A stretch of DNA of 63,829 nucleotides, filler included. It is 10 parts of 10 records of this genome, joined end to end, with 100 filler letters (N's around TTAATTAATTAA, not from the genome) between each part and the next. Parts side by side here need not be neighbours in the genome. Positions count along the whole stretch, not along the records: positions 40,683 to 46,899 come from SRR31156797_41045; positions 47,000 to 52,831 come from SRR31156797_41060; 8 more parts are not named here. One strand, given 5' to 3'. Below are positions 40,683 through 49,927 of the stretch, in pieces; the stretch's first letter is position 1, and every line of letters starts with the position of its first letter. Both the position numbers and the translations under genes were made by a program. A model generated the notes under the pieces. That model was not told the DNA's origin. It was given only the letters and a program-made list of their open reading frames with translations, and did not search any database.

Positions 40683-40776
40683 CGCCTTTACGGAAATCAA
40701 TAATTCTGGAAGGACAGACAGCCGCGCATATGCCGTCTTTGGTGCAGGTGTGTGGATCAACTTCAAATAAACTCAT
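40683..40776 (-). CDS. ferredoxin-nitroreductase fusion, N-terminal fragment
   Basis: Reads MSLFEVDPHTCTKDGICAAVCPSRII (CxxDxxCxxxCP); not in the ORF track. Confidence 0.65.
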
Positions 40777-40844
40777 TTCCAGCGTCTCTCATAAAATTAT
40801 CGTTTGCTCATATAGTCAAAAACAAACACCCTATCACACACCTG

Positions 40845-41336
40845 CTATTTTATGAACCTGATCCGGCATTTTTTATCTCCATTTGCGATGGTACCGTTGA
40901 GTTCCAATGTCCCGCCAAAGCTTTCGGCAATCCCCCGATCCCCTTCCATCGCGATATCGCAAAGCCGGCTTATCTCTTCATCCGTACACCCCAGCTTCTG
41001 CCAGGCAGCCACAAGGGGACAATAACCAAAATCGATGGACAGTTTATTGTCGGTGGATTCCAGGATTTTCATATCAAAAACCAGTTGCGCGGGTATGGTA
41101 AACAGCTTCTTTTTCAACCCTTTCAAGCTGGTTGTACCACTCAAATCGATCAGTTCTTTTCCATGTATATTTCCACAGGCTTTGATGGCGGGATACCCGA
41201 TCTCCTCCCACTCGACCCCCTTCTTTTCCGCTTCTTTCAGCAACAGATAAAGCCATGTGGCCCTGTGTTCCAATGTTCCCCTGACTGCCCGGAGAACAAA
41301 GTTATTTCGCTTCGGCACATTCGTGATTTTTGTCAT
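40845..41336 (-). CDS. L-2-amino-thiazoline-4-carboxylate hydrolase family protein
   Basis: EHRATW, YCPLVAAW, LCDIAMEGD and TIANGDKKC motifs. Confidence 0.75.
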   Translation of the reverse strand: MTKITNVPKRNNFVLRAVRGTLEHRATWLYLLLKEAEKKGVEWEEIGYPAIKACGNIHGKELIDLSGTTSLKGLKKKLFTIPAQLVFDMKILESTDNKLSIDFGYCPLVAAWQKLGCTDEEISRLCDIAMEGDRGIAESFGGTLELNGTIANGDKKCRIRFIK

Positions 41337-41373
41337 CTGTTTCTCCCCATTTTTAAGGTAAACCTGCTCCCAT

Positions 41374-42012
41374 TCAGCATGCGTAATCGAAAGGATGAAC
41401 AGGCGGCTCCGCATGGTGAATCCATGCCGGTCTTTTCTGATGCCATTTCCAGGCGGCCAGGGCAGCTGCACATGCCGCGACATAATGGTCGCTGGGATTT
41501 TCAACATCAGGCACATTTCTCAAGCCCTGCCGCGAAAGCCATTCCAGTAAACGCCAACGGGATTCTTCATTATTCTTAAATTCGATCACATCATTCACAG
41601 GCGCGCCCCCAAGGGCCATGGCTGCCCCCGGATGGACCTCGACGATTCCGGGTTCCTCACATGCCGCCAGGAGCAATCGCGCGATTGAAATGCCGCGAAG
41701 GGTCAAATAGGCCATCCGGGTCATGGTCGGGGCCATTACAGAGCCCGGCTTCAGGCCAACAGCAATAATTTTCCTTCGAAGCTCGGCGTCCCCCGGGCGA
41801 TCGCCTCCGCCGACATTGTAGGACAGGGGCGCGTCCAGCCCCACAACCATAGGCCCCTTCAATTGCCTTGTAAAATATAGGATTTCATTGTCGTCGGCAC
41901 CGGTCACTGAATCCTGCAAAATCAAATCGCCGCTTTCAGACGATTTAAAACCCACCAGCACGGTATCTTTACTATTACTCGGACCGGAAAGGTCCATACC
42001 TATTACAAACAT
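41374..42012 (-). CDS. DUF429 predicted RNase H-fold nuclease
   Basis: IGMDLSG, GLDAPLS and VEVHP motifs. Confidence 0.8.
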   Translation of the reverse strand: MFVIGMDLSGPSNSKDTVLVGFKSSESGDLILQDSVTGADDNEILYFTRQLKGPMVVGLDAPLSYNVGGGDRPGDAELRRKIIAVGLKPGSVMAPTMTRMAYLTLRGISIARLLLAACEEPGIVEVHPGAAMALGGAPVNDVIEFKNNEESRWRLLEWLSRQGLRNVPDVENPSDHYVAACAAALAAWKWHQKRPAWIHHAEPPVHPFDYAC

Positions 42013-42369
42013 CCATCACCCCGACATGCATTTTTAGAATAGACCATTGAAACAGGAAAGATCCCCGGGCATTTCCACCCCTGCGATATCGCCATACACT
42101 GGGCAGTAACACAGGATGCCTGAATTTGCAAATTCCAATATCCCATGGGAATAAGAGGGAACGATTCACCAGGTTGAATCCGGCCGGGTTTCACCATGAA
42201 GAGGGGAATGCCGATCAGCCGGTATTCATCGTAACTCAAAACACCTTTATGATGTGAGGGATACGTTAGGCGTTGCGTTTTGATCGTATTGGCCATACAA
42301 GAAAAGCATGAAGCATGTCCACAGGTGGTATCCGCCATGCTTCGTAACCTGGAGACCGGGAGTATTATA

Positions 42370-43470
42370 ATGAAAGGAAACAATACCGTGAAATGGAACG
42401 ACGGGATACGGGCTGAAATCCGGGCCGCGCTTTTGAAATGGTACGATCAGCACCACCGCAGGCTTCCCTGGCGGGAAACCGCTGATGCATACGGCATCTG
42501 GGTGTCGGAGGTGATGCTCCAGCAGACCCAGGTTGCCACCGTGATTCCCTATTACGACAGGTTCATGCATGCCTTTCCCACGGTGGCGGCCCTGGCGGCC
42601 GCCCGCCAGGAGGCGGTACTGAAATTGTGGGAAGGCCTGGGCTATTATGCCAGGGCCCGGAATCTCCACAAGGCGGCCCGGCAGGTGATGGACCGGTTTG
42701 ACGGCGTCATCCCCGGTGACAAAAAGGCGTTCAAGTCCCTGCCCGGGGTGGGCGACTATATTGCGGCGGCGGTGCTGAGCATCGCCTTTGGGCTTCCCCT
42801 GGCCGTAGTGGACGGCAATGTCAAGCGGGTGCTGGCCCGCCTGTGCACCCTGGACGCCCCGGTGAACCACTCGCCTTCCCATAGAAAATTCCAGGCGGTG
42901 GCGGACAGTTTGCTTGATTGTTCCGCCCCGGCCTTGTTCAACCAGGCCATGATGGAGCTGGGGGCTTTGGTGTGCACCCCGGCCAATCCCGGCTGTGACA
43001 CCTGCCCCCTGCGAAAACAATGCCGGGCGGTTCAAACCGGCGCCGTATCCGCCTATCCCCGGCGCAACCGGACAAAACCCGTCCCCACCCATCACATTGC
43101 CGTGGGCGTGGTAAAAAGAGGAGACAAGCTGCTGATCACCCGGAGAAAACCGGAGGGGCTGCTGGGGGGCTTGTGGGAATTTCCCGGGGGGAAAGTGGAG
43201 AAGCAGGAAGACGCGCCATCGGCCTGTGTCCGGGAGATCGCCGAAGAAACGGGCCTTGAAGTGAAGGTCCTGTCCCATCTCACCCGGGTGAAGCATGCCT
43301 ACACCCACTTTAAAATTGAGATGGACGTTTATTTATGCCGGTATGTTTCAGGTACAGTGCGGCTCAAGGGGCCGGTGGACCATCGCTGGATCCGGCCGTC
43401 CGAAATCCGGGACCACGCCTTTCCCAAGGCCAACCTGAAATTCATCCCCCTCCTGACAGCGCAGGTGTAA
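42370..43470 (+). CDS. mutY: A/G-specific adenine glycosylase with Nudix C-terminal domain
   Basis: SEVMLQQTQV, WEGLGYY, LPGVG HhH, VDGNV and C-x6-C-x2-C-x5-C Fe-S motifs; start uncertain (42370 or 42388). Confidence 0.95.
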   Translation: MKGNNTVKWNDGIRAEIRAALLKWYDQHHRRLPWRETADAYGIWVSEVMLQQTQVATVIPYYDRFMHAFPTVAALAAARQEAVLKLWEGLGYYARARNLHKAARQVMDRFDGVIPGDKKAFKSLPGVGDYIAAAVLSIAFGLPLAVVDGNVKRVLARLCTLDAPVNHSPSHRKFQAVADSLLDCSAPALFNQAMMELGALVCTPANPGCDTCPLRKQCRAVQTGAVSAYPRRNRTKPVPTHHIAVGVVKRGDKLLITRRKPEGLLGGLWEFPGGKVEKQEDAPSACVREIAEETGLEVKVLSHLTRVKHAYTHFKIEMDVYLCRYVSGTVRLKGPVDHRWIRPSEIRDHAFPKANLKFIPLLTAQV

Positions 43471-43729
43471 AAACGGCTGCATCGGATACTTCCAATGCAG
43501 CCCCAATGACCGGATTTAATGCCCGTTTTTCCTGCGGCCCTTGTCAAATTGATCCGCACATTTTCACGCTATTGCCAATGGGAGATCACCCGTCCATGCG
43601 TTTTTCGCATGGATGGGATGACAATGATTCAGGCGCGTTTTACGCGATCCTGTGCTACGATTTAATCAAAACAACGACAGCCAGGGGAACAATAATTTAT
43701 TAGCGTTTTTGGATAATGGGGGGGAAGAT

Positions 43730-44419
43730 ATGATAGCCGACCGAACAGGGATTCAGCGTGATACAATATTAGAACTTGGAATAAAGGGTATTGACTCTGC
43801 TCTTGATATCGGTTGTGGAAATGGCGAAAAAACGTTTTTCATTTCACAACATGTTAAACGCGCTGTAGGAATTGATCCCGATAAAAAGGTGATCGCAGCC
43901 GCACAAACTGAATATGACCGGGAAAACCTTGTTTTTCAAGTCGGTGAAGCGGAGTCATTGAATTTCCCATCGTCTTCATTTAACGCCGTTCTGTTTACGG
44001 AGTCTTTTCATCACATTCCTGTTGCGAAACAGGCAGAGACCCTTAAAGAATCATACCGGGTATTGGCACCCAATGGAAAACTGCTCATCACTGAACCGGT
44101 TAATGACAGTGGCTCCTTCGAAGAAATTTTGAAGTTTTACGATGAAGAGCGGGAACTCAGGCGGTGTGCCTTAAAGACAATAGAAGCCTGTGCGAACAAG
44201 GGGTTCAGGATAGACATTCAAAAAGAAATTCATGTTGAATACGCATTTTCAGGTTTTGAGGATCTATATCAAAACAATATCAGGACCAAGCCCCATGCCA
44301 CTTGGAAAGAAAGTGATAAACCGCATATCATTGATATACTGAACCGATGTCCTGAGACCATCGAAGGGGATTCGATCATTGATTACCTGGCCACGGTTTG
44401 GGTATTGGTAAAACAATAA
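43730..44419 (+). CDS. class I SAM-dependent methyltransferase
   Basis: LDIGCGNG, GIDP and RVLAPNG motifs. Confidence 0.88.
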   Translation: MIADRTGIQRDTILELGIKGIDSALDIGCGNGEKTFFISQHVKRAVGIDPDKKVIAAAQTEYDRENLVFQVGEAESLNFPSSSFNAVLFTESFHHIPVAKQAETLKESYRVLAPNGKLLITEPVNDSGSFEEILKFYDEERELRRCALKTIEACANKGFRIDIQKEIHVEYAFSGFEDLYQNNIRTKPHATWKESDKPHIIDILNRCPETIEGDSIIDYLATVWVLVKQ

Positions 44420-44452
44420 TCCAAAAGCATGGAGCAACCCTCAACCCATGGA

Positions 44453-44776
44453 TCAGTCATCCCGGGGAACGCCGTCCCACAGGTAGACGGACAGATCAAC
44501 GGTATCATCCCCGGTGAATCCGATGCCTTCCGATTCCAGCAGGGCCCTTTGGAGTTCGTACCCATGGGACGGTTTCAAGGATATTTTTCCCCTGGCATTG
44601 ATCACCCGGTGCCAGGGGAGATCGTACTTTTCCGACATGGAATGCAACAGCCGGGATACCTGACGGGCCCCGCCGGGATTTCCGGCAAGTGCGGCCACCC
44701 CGCCATAGGTTAAGACGTTTCCCTCGGGAATGCCTTTGATCACCTGCAACGCCCTTTTTGTAAACGAAGTCAACAT
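44453..44776 (-). CDS. alkyltransferase-like (ATL/YbaZ-type) protein
   Basis: IPEG..TYG and PWHRV (Trp in place of the catalytic Cys of PCHRV). Confidence 0.88.
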   Translation of the reverse strand: MLTSFTKRALQVIKGIPEGNVLTYGGVAALAGNPGGARQVSRLLHSMSEKYDLPWHRVINARGKISLKPSHGYELQRALLESEGIGFTGDDTVDLSVYLWDGVPRDD

Positions 44777-45104
44777 GGAACCGCCTCCCGTATTCGTCCT
44801 TCAGTATCTGCCATGACTCAAGTTACCCCCTGCTTTTTTTTACGGCAAAGCGCCTGGCATGGGCCCGTTGCCGGCCTGCCGCCCATCAGTTTAAAATGGA
44901 CCGCACTATAAAAAACAACGGTCATAATATCAAGGGCTTAAACCGTCTTATAGATCGAACACAAAAGACCCCAAAAAAACACAAAAACATTTTTTAGGTT
45001 GACATGGGGTGTTTTTAGGGGCATTACTCAAGGCCTGAAATGTAAAATTTGATTAAATGACCGGATGGTTTTTAGGCCGGTTTGAGGAGGATGCAAAGGG
45101 TTTG

Positions 45105-46277
45105 ATGATATTAATCTGTAACGGGAATGTATTTGGGCCAAAGGCCCTGGGGAAATGTGATCTCCTTATCGGGGGCAATGAGATCCTGGCCATTGAAGAA
45201 ACCATTGATCCCGGGATGCTGCCCGGGGATGTCAAGGTGATCGATGCCACGGGCAAATCCGTGGTTCCCGGCTTTATCGACGGGCATCAGCATTTTACCG
45301 GGGGCGGGGGCGAAGGCGGATTCCAGTCCAAAACGCCCGAGATGCAGCTCTCCATGAACATCGCCAACGGCGTGACCACGGCGGTGGGGCTCCTGGGGAC
45401 GGATTCATTGACCCGGTCCGTGGAAAATCTCTATGCCAAGACCCAGGCCTTCAATGCCGAGGGCATGACGGCGTACATGCTCACCGGGTCCTACTGGCTG
45501 CCCTCCCCCACCATCTGCGGATCCGTGGGCAGGGACATGGTGTATATCGATCCTGTCATCGGGGTCAAGCTTGCCATGGCCGACCAGCGGGGGCCCACGT
45601 TTGACGCAAAGGACCTGGCCGCCCTGGCCTCGGATGTGCGGGTGGCCGCCCTGGTGGCGGATAAACCCGGCGTCATTACGGTCCATACCGGCATCAATCC
45701 CGACGCCCTGGACCTGGCGTTTGAGGCGGTTGACAAATATGCCATTCGCCCGGACATCTTCATCCCCACCCATATCAACCGGAAAGAATCCAAACTCCGG
45801 GACCAGGCCCTTGCCCTTGCGGAAAAAGGGGCGGTCATCGACGCCACCTGCGTGACCAGTCTGCCCAAAGAGACGGATAAGAACGTATCTGCCGCCGAGT
45901 TTGCCTGCCTGGCCAATGACAACGGGTTACTGGACCAAATCAGCTTTAGCTCCGATGCCGGCGGCTCCCTGCCCAAATGGAACGAAGACAAAAGCCGGAT
46001 CCTGGGCATGGGCGTGGGAACCCCCGAATCCCTGCTCTTTGAGCTGAAGCAGCTTGTAATGGCACACGGAATGGACCTTGCCACCGCCCTGAAGCCCCTG
46101 ACCACGACCCCGGCAAGAAGCTACGGCCTGACGGGCAAAAAAGGGGCAATAGCAATTGGCGCCCATGCCGACATCCTGGTGCTGGATGAAGACACCCTGG
46201 AGATCAGGGATGTCATGGCAAAGGGGCAGATCATGATGGAAAACAAAATTATTAAGAAAAAAGGGTATTTTGAATAA
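45105..46277 (+). CDS. iadA: isoaspartyl (beta-aspartyl) dipeptidase
   Basis: DGHQHFTGGGGEGG, GLLGTD, IGVK, PTH and SSDAGGSLP motifs. Confidence 0.92.
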   Translation: MILICNGNVFGPKALGKCDLLIGGNEILAIEETIDPGMLPGDVKVIDATGKSVVPGFIDGHQHFTGGGGEGGFQSKTPEMQLSMNIANGVTTAVGLLGTDSLTRSVENLYAKTQAFNAEGMTAYMLTGSYWLPSPTICGSVGRDMVYIDPVIGVKLAMADQRGPTFDAKDLAALASDVRVAALVADKPGVITVHTGINPDALDLAFEAVDKYAIRPDIFIPTHINRKESKLRDQALALAEKGAVIDATCVTSLPKETDKNVSAAEFACLANDNGLLDQISFSSDAGGSLPKWNEDKSRILGMGVGTPESLLFELKQLVMAHGMDLATALKPLTTTPARSYGLTGKKGAIAIGAHADILVLDEDTLEIRDVMAKGQIMMENKIIKKKGYFE

Positions 46278-46899
46278 TTCTACCATGCCACTGGATTGCA
46301 AACAGTCAGATCACACCGGGCCGATGCTGGCGGACGACGAGATCCTGTCCATTGATAAGCTGAATTTAAGTTTTCCAACCTATGACGGATATAAAAAGGT
46401 GCTCCATGATGTCTCCTTTTCCGTGAAAAAGGGGGAGACCCTGGCCATTGTTGGGGAATCCGGGTCCGGAAAGACCGTGACCATGCGACGGGTCATGCAT
46501 CTGCTCTCCAGGGTCAGGACCGATTCCGGCAACATTCTGTTACGGAAAAGGGACGGCAATGTCCGGGACATCACGAGCCTGACCACGGCCCAGGCCCGAC
46601 AGATCAGGGGCTTTGACATGTCCATGATCTTCCAGGAGCCCATGACCTCCCTGAACCCCCTGTTCACCATCGGCAACCAGCTCACCGAGGCCCTGTTGAC
46701 CCACCAGGACATTCCCAACGGCCAGGTGGAGCAAAAGGCCATCGATCTTCTGGAGCTGGTGCGGATACCGGACGCCAAAAGACGGTTCAAGGAATATCCC
46801 CACCAGATGTCCGGGGGCATGCGCCAGCGGGTGATGACAGCCATGGCCCTGGCCTGTAATCCCCAGCTGCTCATTGCGGACGAGCCCACCACGGCCCTG
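46270..46899 (+). CDS. dipeptide/oligopeptide ABC ATP-binding protein, 3'-truncated
   Basis: GESGSGKT, FQEPMTSLNP, YPHQMSGGMRQR and ADEPTTAL motifs. Confidence 0.93.
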
Positions 46900-46999
46900 N
46901 NNNNNNNNNNNNNNNNNNNNNNNNNNNNNNNNNNNNNNNNNNNTTAATTAATTAANNNNNNNNNNNNNNNNNNNNNNNNNNNNNNNNNNNNNNNNNNNN
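46900..46999. other. artificial contig linker
   Basis: 44 N + TTAATTAATTAA + 44 N. Confidence 0.99.
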
Positions 47000-47001
47000 T
47001 T

Positions 47002-47029
47002 TGGTGGAGGCGGCGGGAGTCGAACCCGC
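47002..47029 (-). ncRNA. ssrA: tmRNA (ssrA) 3'-end fragment, putative att core
   Basis: GCGGG-TTCGACT-CCCGC T-arm followed by CGCCTCC-A-CCA; the upstream body of the RNA is absent; lies beside the integrase 3' end. Confidence 0.75.
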
Positions 47030-47070
47030 TGACATTCAGCAATGGCGGGCCTTCCGGGGTGGGGTGTAAC

Positions 47071-48306
47071 TCAAGTGTAACTCTCATCGTTCCCCGCCTT
47101 TTGTTTTAGTTCGACAATTTCACCCTTACCCGAGGCCAGCTCCGCGACCTTGATTTGCTTTTTGGCATCCGGGAAAAAGTACCGATCAAAAGCCTTGTTT
47201 GTCTCGTGTTGGCTCCCGAACGCCTTGATCTCATCAGGTGTCATGTAGTTCTGAAGGTCGGTCACTGAGGTGTGACGCGTGCCTCCGTAAAGGTCCACGC
47301 CCGGCAGTCCGACCTTATCCCGGCCAGCAACCCACGTCTTATAAAACATCTTCGGGCCGAACGGCATCCCCGGTTTAATCCTCGATTGTATCGCCTTGTC
47401 ATGCCGGAAAAGCGGCATGTTAGGCATGCCACGGGGCAGGGACCGCAAAAGTTCGAGGTCGTCGGCCAACAGATAAAAGCCCTTGGTCTTGTCCGGCTTC
47501 ATGGCTTTAGTCGGTTTGCGGACGATTACAAGGCCGGTCTCGTAGTTGACATCACCCTCCGTGATCCGGTTCAGGTCGCCAGGGCGAAGCAGGGTATACC
47601 TCAAAAGCCACTGAACCCCGATCCATCGGCGCGGCTGGTCAGCGAATAGCTCTTTACACTTTTCCAGGACGGCAAGCTGAGACTTTTTATTTGTGATGTT
47701 TCGGCGCCCGAGCGTGTAATTTATCGTCGGGAACTTAGGCAGCCTTTTAATGGGTGGGTGATGTTCGTCGTAGTCCTCAAGCAGCCAGACCCAAAATTTA
47801 TGAAGCCCCATACAGTAGTTATGTCGGGTCTTGCCGGCAATGCCGTCAAGAGAGTGGAGGAATGTCTTTATATCTCGCCCCGTGATGTTCTTTACGTTCG
47901 CGTGCTTAAAGAACTTTTTCGCCTTAACCATGTAGTTTTTATAGCTATCCTTTGTCGATTTGCTCAGTTCGTCTGTAGCGACTGCCCGCTCAAGCTCTCC
48001 TGTCCATTCGTCGGCCAGGACCGAAAAAGACAACGGGCGGTCCTTGACTTTATAGTCCCTCGGATCAAAAGTCCCGTGACTGTCTGGGTCGCCTATTTTT
48101 GCCCGGATTCCACCAAGCCAGGCATGAGAGCGTTTATACATGTAGGCGCCGGAAAACCGCTTCATCGTCTTGCCGACTTTGGCGATCAGGCGTGTGGCTT
48201 TCTGGTCGGGATGGTTCGGACAGCAGACTTCAAGGCGTTCGCCCAAGTCCTGAAAGACGGTATTACATTTCGGACAACGTTGGTCGGAGTAAACGCCGCC
48301 TAACAT
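47071..48306 (-). CDS. int: tyrosine integrase
   Basis: LRPGDL (R), YGGTRH (R), SQH and FDRY (Y) catalytic residues; N-terminal CPKC...CPNH; ATG at 48306 with AGGCGG RBS (alternative TTG at 48342). Confidence 0.9.
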   Translation of the reverse strand: MLGGVYSDQRCPKCNTVFQDLGERLEVCCPNHPDQKATRLIAKVGKTMKRFSGAYMYKRSHAWLGGIRAKIGDPDSHGTFDPRDYKVKDRPLSFSVLADEWTGELERAVATDELSKSTKDSYKNYMVKAKKFFKHANVKNITGRDIKTFLHSLDGIAGKTRHNYCMGLHKFWVWLLEDYDEHHPPIKRLPKFPTINYTLGRRNITNKKSQLAVLEKCKELFADQPRRWIGVQWLLRYTLLRPGDLNRITEGDVNYETGLVIVRKPTKAMKPDKTKGFYLLADDLELLRSLPRGMPNMPLFRHDKAIQSRIKPGMPFGPKMFYKTWVAGRDKVGLPGVDLYGGTRHTSVTDLQNYMTPDEIKAFGSQHETNKAFDRYFFPDAKKQIKVAELASGKGEIVELKQKAGNDESYT

Positions 48307-48326
48307 ACAAACACCGCCTGTGTTGG

Positions 48327-48387
48327 AAAAAGAAAGCGCCAACCAAGAACCCTCAAGTTCTCGGTAAAGCGCTTGGAAAAGTGGTGA
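48327..48387 (-). ncRNA. candidate small antisense RNA / attenuator in the int leader
   Basis: Downstream of a TTGACA-17-TATCTT promoter; stem aagcgc/accgagaac-loop-gttcttggt/gcgctt followed by a U-tract; the first 28 nt are complementary to 49943-49970. Confidence 0.6.
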
Positions 48388-48392
48388 ACTAA

Positions 48393-48421
48393 AAGATATG
48401 ACAATTTTAGCATTTTGTCAA
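48393..48421 (-). promoter_or_regulatory. sigma70-type promoter upstream of int
   Basis: -35 TTGACA (48416-48421), 17-bp spacer, -10 TATCTT (48393-48398). Confidence 0.7.
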
Positions 48422-48464
48422 CCTCGTTGTTTTAACGCCTTCTATGGGCCGCTCTAAAGCGTTG

Positions 48465-48857
48465 TTATTCTTTTCTTTTGATCCACCGACGAAAAGAATC
48501 GCCGAAGTGTATTTCAAACTCGACTTGAAACCATCCGCTCATTTGTTCAGAAGAATTGATATAATCCATATATGAGCGGAAGAAACGCCAAAACTCTCTC
48601 GGCTCCAAGTCAACCAGATCATCAAAATCAGTGTCGATAATTATGAATTTGACCGAAGGGATTTCGTCCGGTGCTGTTTCGTGTAGAAGTTTCCATGTTT
48701 GCTCGTCTATCTCTTTTATTTCATGGGCCATATTGGAGATTGTACCCGCCTTAATCCCTGCTGCCCTTTCCAGGTCTATCCATCCATCATAGCCGCCGTG
48801 CTTATAATAATATTCATTCAGTTCGCTAATCAGGTGTTCGGAATCCAGCATTTTCAT
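48465..48857 (-). CDS. HTH protein paralogous to the cI N-terminal domain
   Basis: Aligns without gaps to the cI HTH region (10/43 identities by eye); AAGGAG RBS; no S24 domain. Confidence 0.6.
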   Translation of the reverse strand: MKMLDSEHLISELNEYYYKHGGYDGWIDLERAAGIKAGTISNMAHEIKEIDEQTWKLLHETAPDEIPSVKFIIIDTDFDDLVDLEPREFWRFFRSYMDYINSSEQMSGWFQVEFEIHFGDSFRRWIKRKE

Positions 48858-48932
48858 GTTTGTATCTCCTTATTTCAATACTGCCGGAGCCAGACTGCGC
48901 ACCCTCCCCCTCGCGCACCGGGTGTTGACAGG

Positions 48933-49583
48933 TTACTCTGATCTGTAATAGCCTTCTACCCTGTATATCCTCACCCCTTCACCATTTTCAGAGGTGAGGA
49001 TTATTGTTTTATGTTTAGTGTTGTCTGACATTAAGTATATTGTTCCCTCCTGTTCTTGATACCGTTTTACGATACGCTCTCCATCTTCGCCGGGGAACGA
49101 GGCGAAGCATAGTTTTCCGTTCTGAAGCGGTTTTGATGGAACTACAAGTGCCAGGTCCCCCTCTGACAGTGCTGGTTCCATAGAATCTCCATGTATTCTA
49201 ACATAAAACGAGTTTGCGTCTACGGCTTCGGTTATGGCCGGGAAATAAGAACTCGCATTTCCCACTGGATACCCTCCGTCGCTCCACGCACCCGGTTGTC
49301 CGGCTCCGGCATCGAATACTGGTAACAAAACAGATTTCAAGTTGCCCTCGTCCAGTTCTTCGTCATCCGAGAGCCACGGAGGGGCTGGGATATCGTTTGG
49401 ATAGGCGTCGTTCAGCTTTTCCCATGAATCGGTCTTAGGTCTCGAAATCTCTTTGGCTATCTTCATAACAGCGGGTCGACTCAAACCCGATTTTTTGCCA
49501 ATCTCTGTCCACGCCCCTCTACCCATTCTGTCGGCGAGGCGGTTAAGGGCAATTATCAAGGGGGTGTATTGGATTTTTTTCAT
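48933..49583 (-). CDS. cI-like repressor (HTH + S24 autopeptidase)
   Basis: Ala-Gly site (DAGAG), GDSMEP (Ser) and IVKR (Lys); divergent from cro. Confidence 0.9.
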   Translation of the reverse strand: MKKIQYTPLIIALNRLADRMGRGAWTEIGKKSGLSRPAVMKIAKEISRPKTDSWEKLNDAYPNDIPAPPWLSDDEELDEGNLKSVLLPVFDAGAGQPGAWSDGGYPVGNASSYFPAITEAVDANSFYVRIHGDSMEPALSEGDLALVVPSKPLQNGKLCFASFPGEDGERIVKRYQEQEGTIYLMSDNTKHKTIILTSENGEGVRIYRVEGYYRSE

Positions 49584-49632
49584 AACGACCTTCCTTTAAA
49601 AAAAACCAGAGGTTGCAACAAAATTATTGCAT

Positions 49633-49702
49633 ATCGTAATTACGATTTCAAGAAAAAGAAGTAAATTATTTGTTGACAAGAAACGTAACTACGATTACGT
49701 TT
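49633..49702 (+). promoter_or_regulatory. immunity-region operators and rightward promoter
   Basis: Palindrome atcgtaattacgat (49633-49646); TTGACA (49673-49678), 17 bp, TACGTT, overlapped by aaacgtaa-N6-ttacgttt (49681-49702). Confidence 0.7.
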
Positions 49703-49720
49703 AGTCTCAGAGGGTGAGAT

Positions 49721-49927
49721 ATGAGAGTTTATGACAGGAAAGCAATTCAAAAACTAAGAGAGGGATTAGGGCTGAATCGTGCAGAATTTGGGCGTCGCCT
49801 AAACATGACGAGGCAACAGGTCACCCTCCTTGAAGAGGGGATGAGTAAGCCAAACGTCAAAACCTTGGAGCGGCTCATGGCTGCATTTGGAGTGGATGAA
49901 ACTCATTTTTTTTATTCTGAAACGTAA
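49721..49927 (+). CDS. Cro-like XRE HTH protein
   Basis: 68 aa; LREGLGLNRAEFGRRL...EEGMSKP; divergent from cI. Confidence 0.88.
   Translation: MRVYDRKAIQKLREGLGLNRAEFGRRLNMTRQQVTLLEEGMSKPNVKTLERLMAAFGVDETHFFYSET

Noticed and set aside
42013-42369. Long intergenic region and 126-aa ORF between DUF429 and mutY as a possible riboswitch or gene
   Set aside because: Only one short hairpin (gaagcatg/catgcttc); no riboswitch consensus or protein motif that I could recognise.
40752-43308. Long alternative ORFs (40752-41579 + and 42247-43308 -)
   Set aside because: Antisense to well-supported genes (ATC hydrolase, DUF429, mutY) and lacking recognisable motifs.
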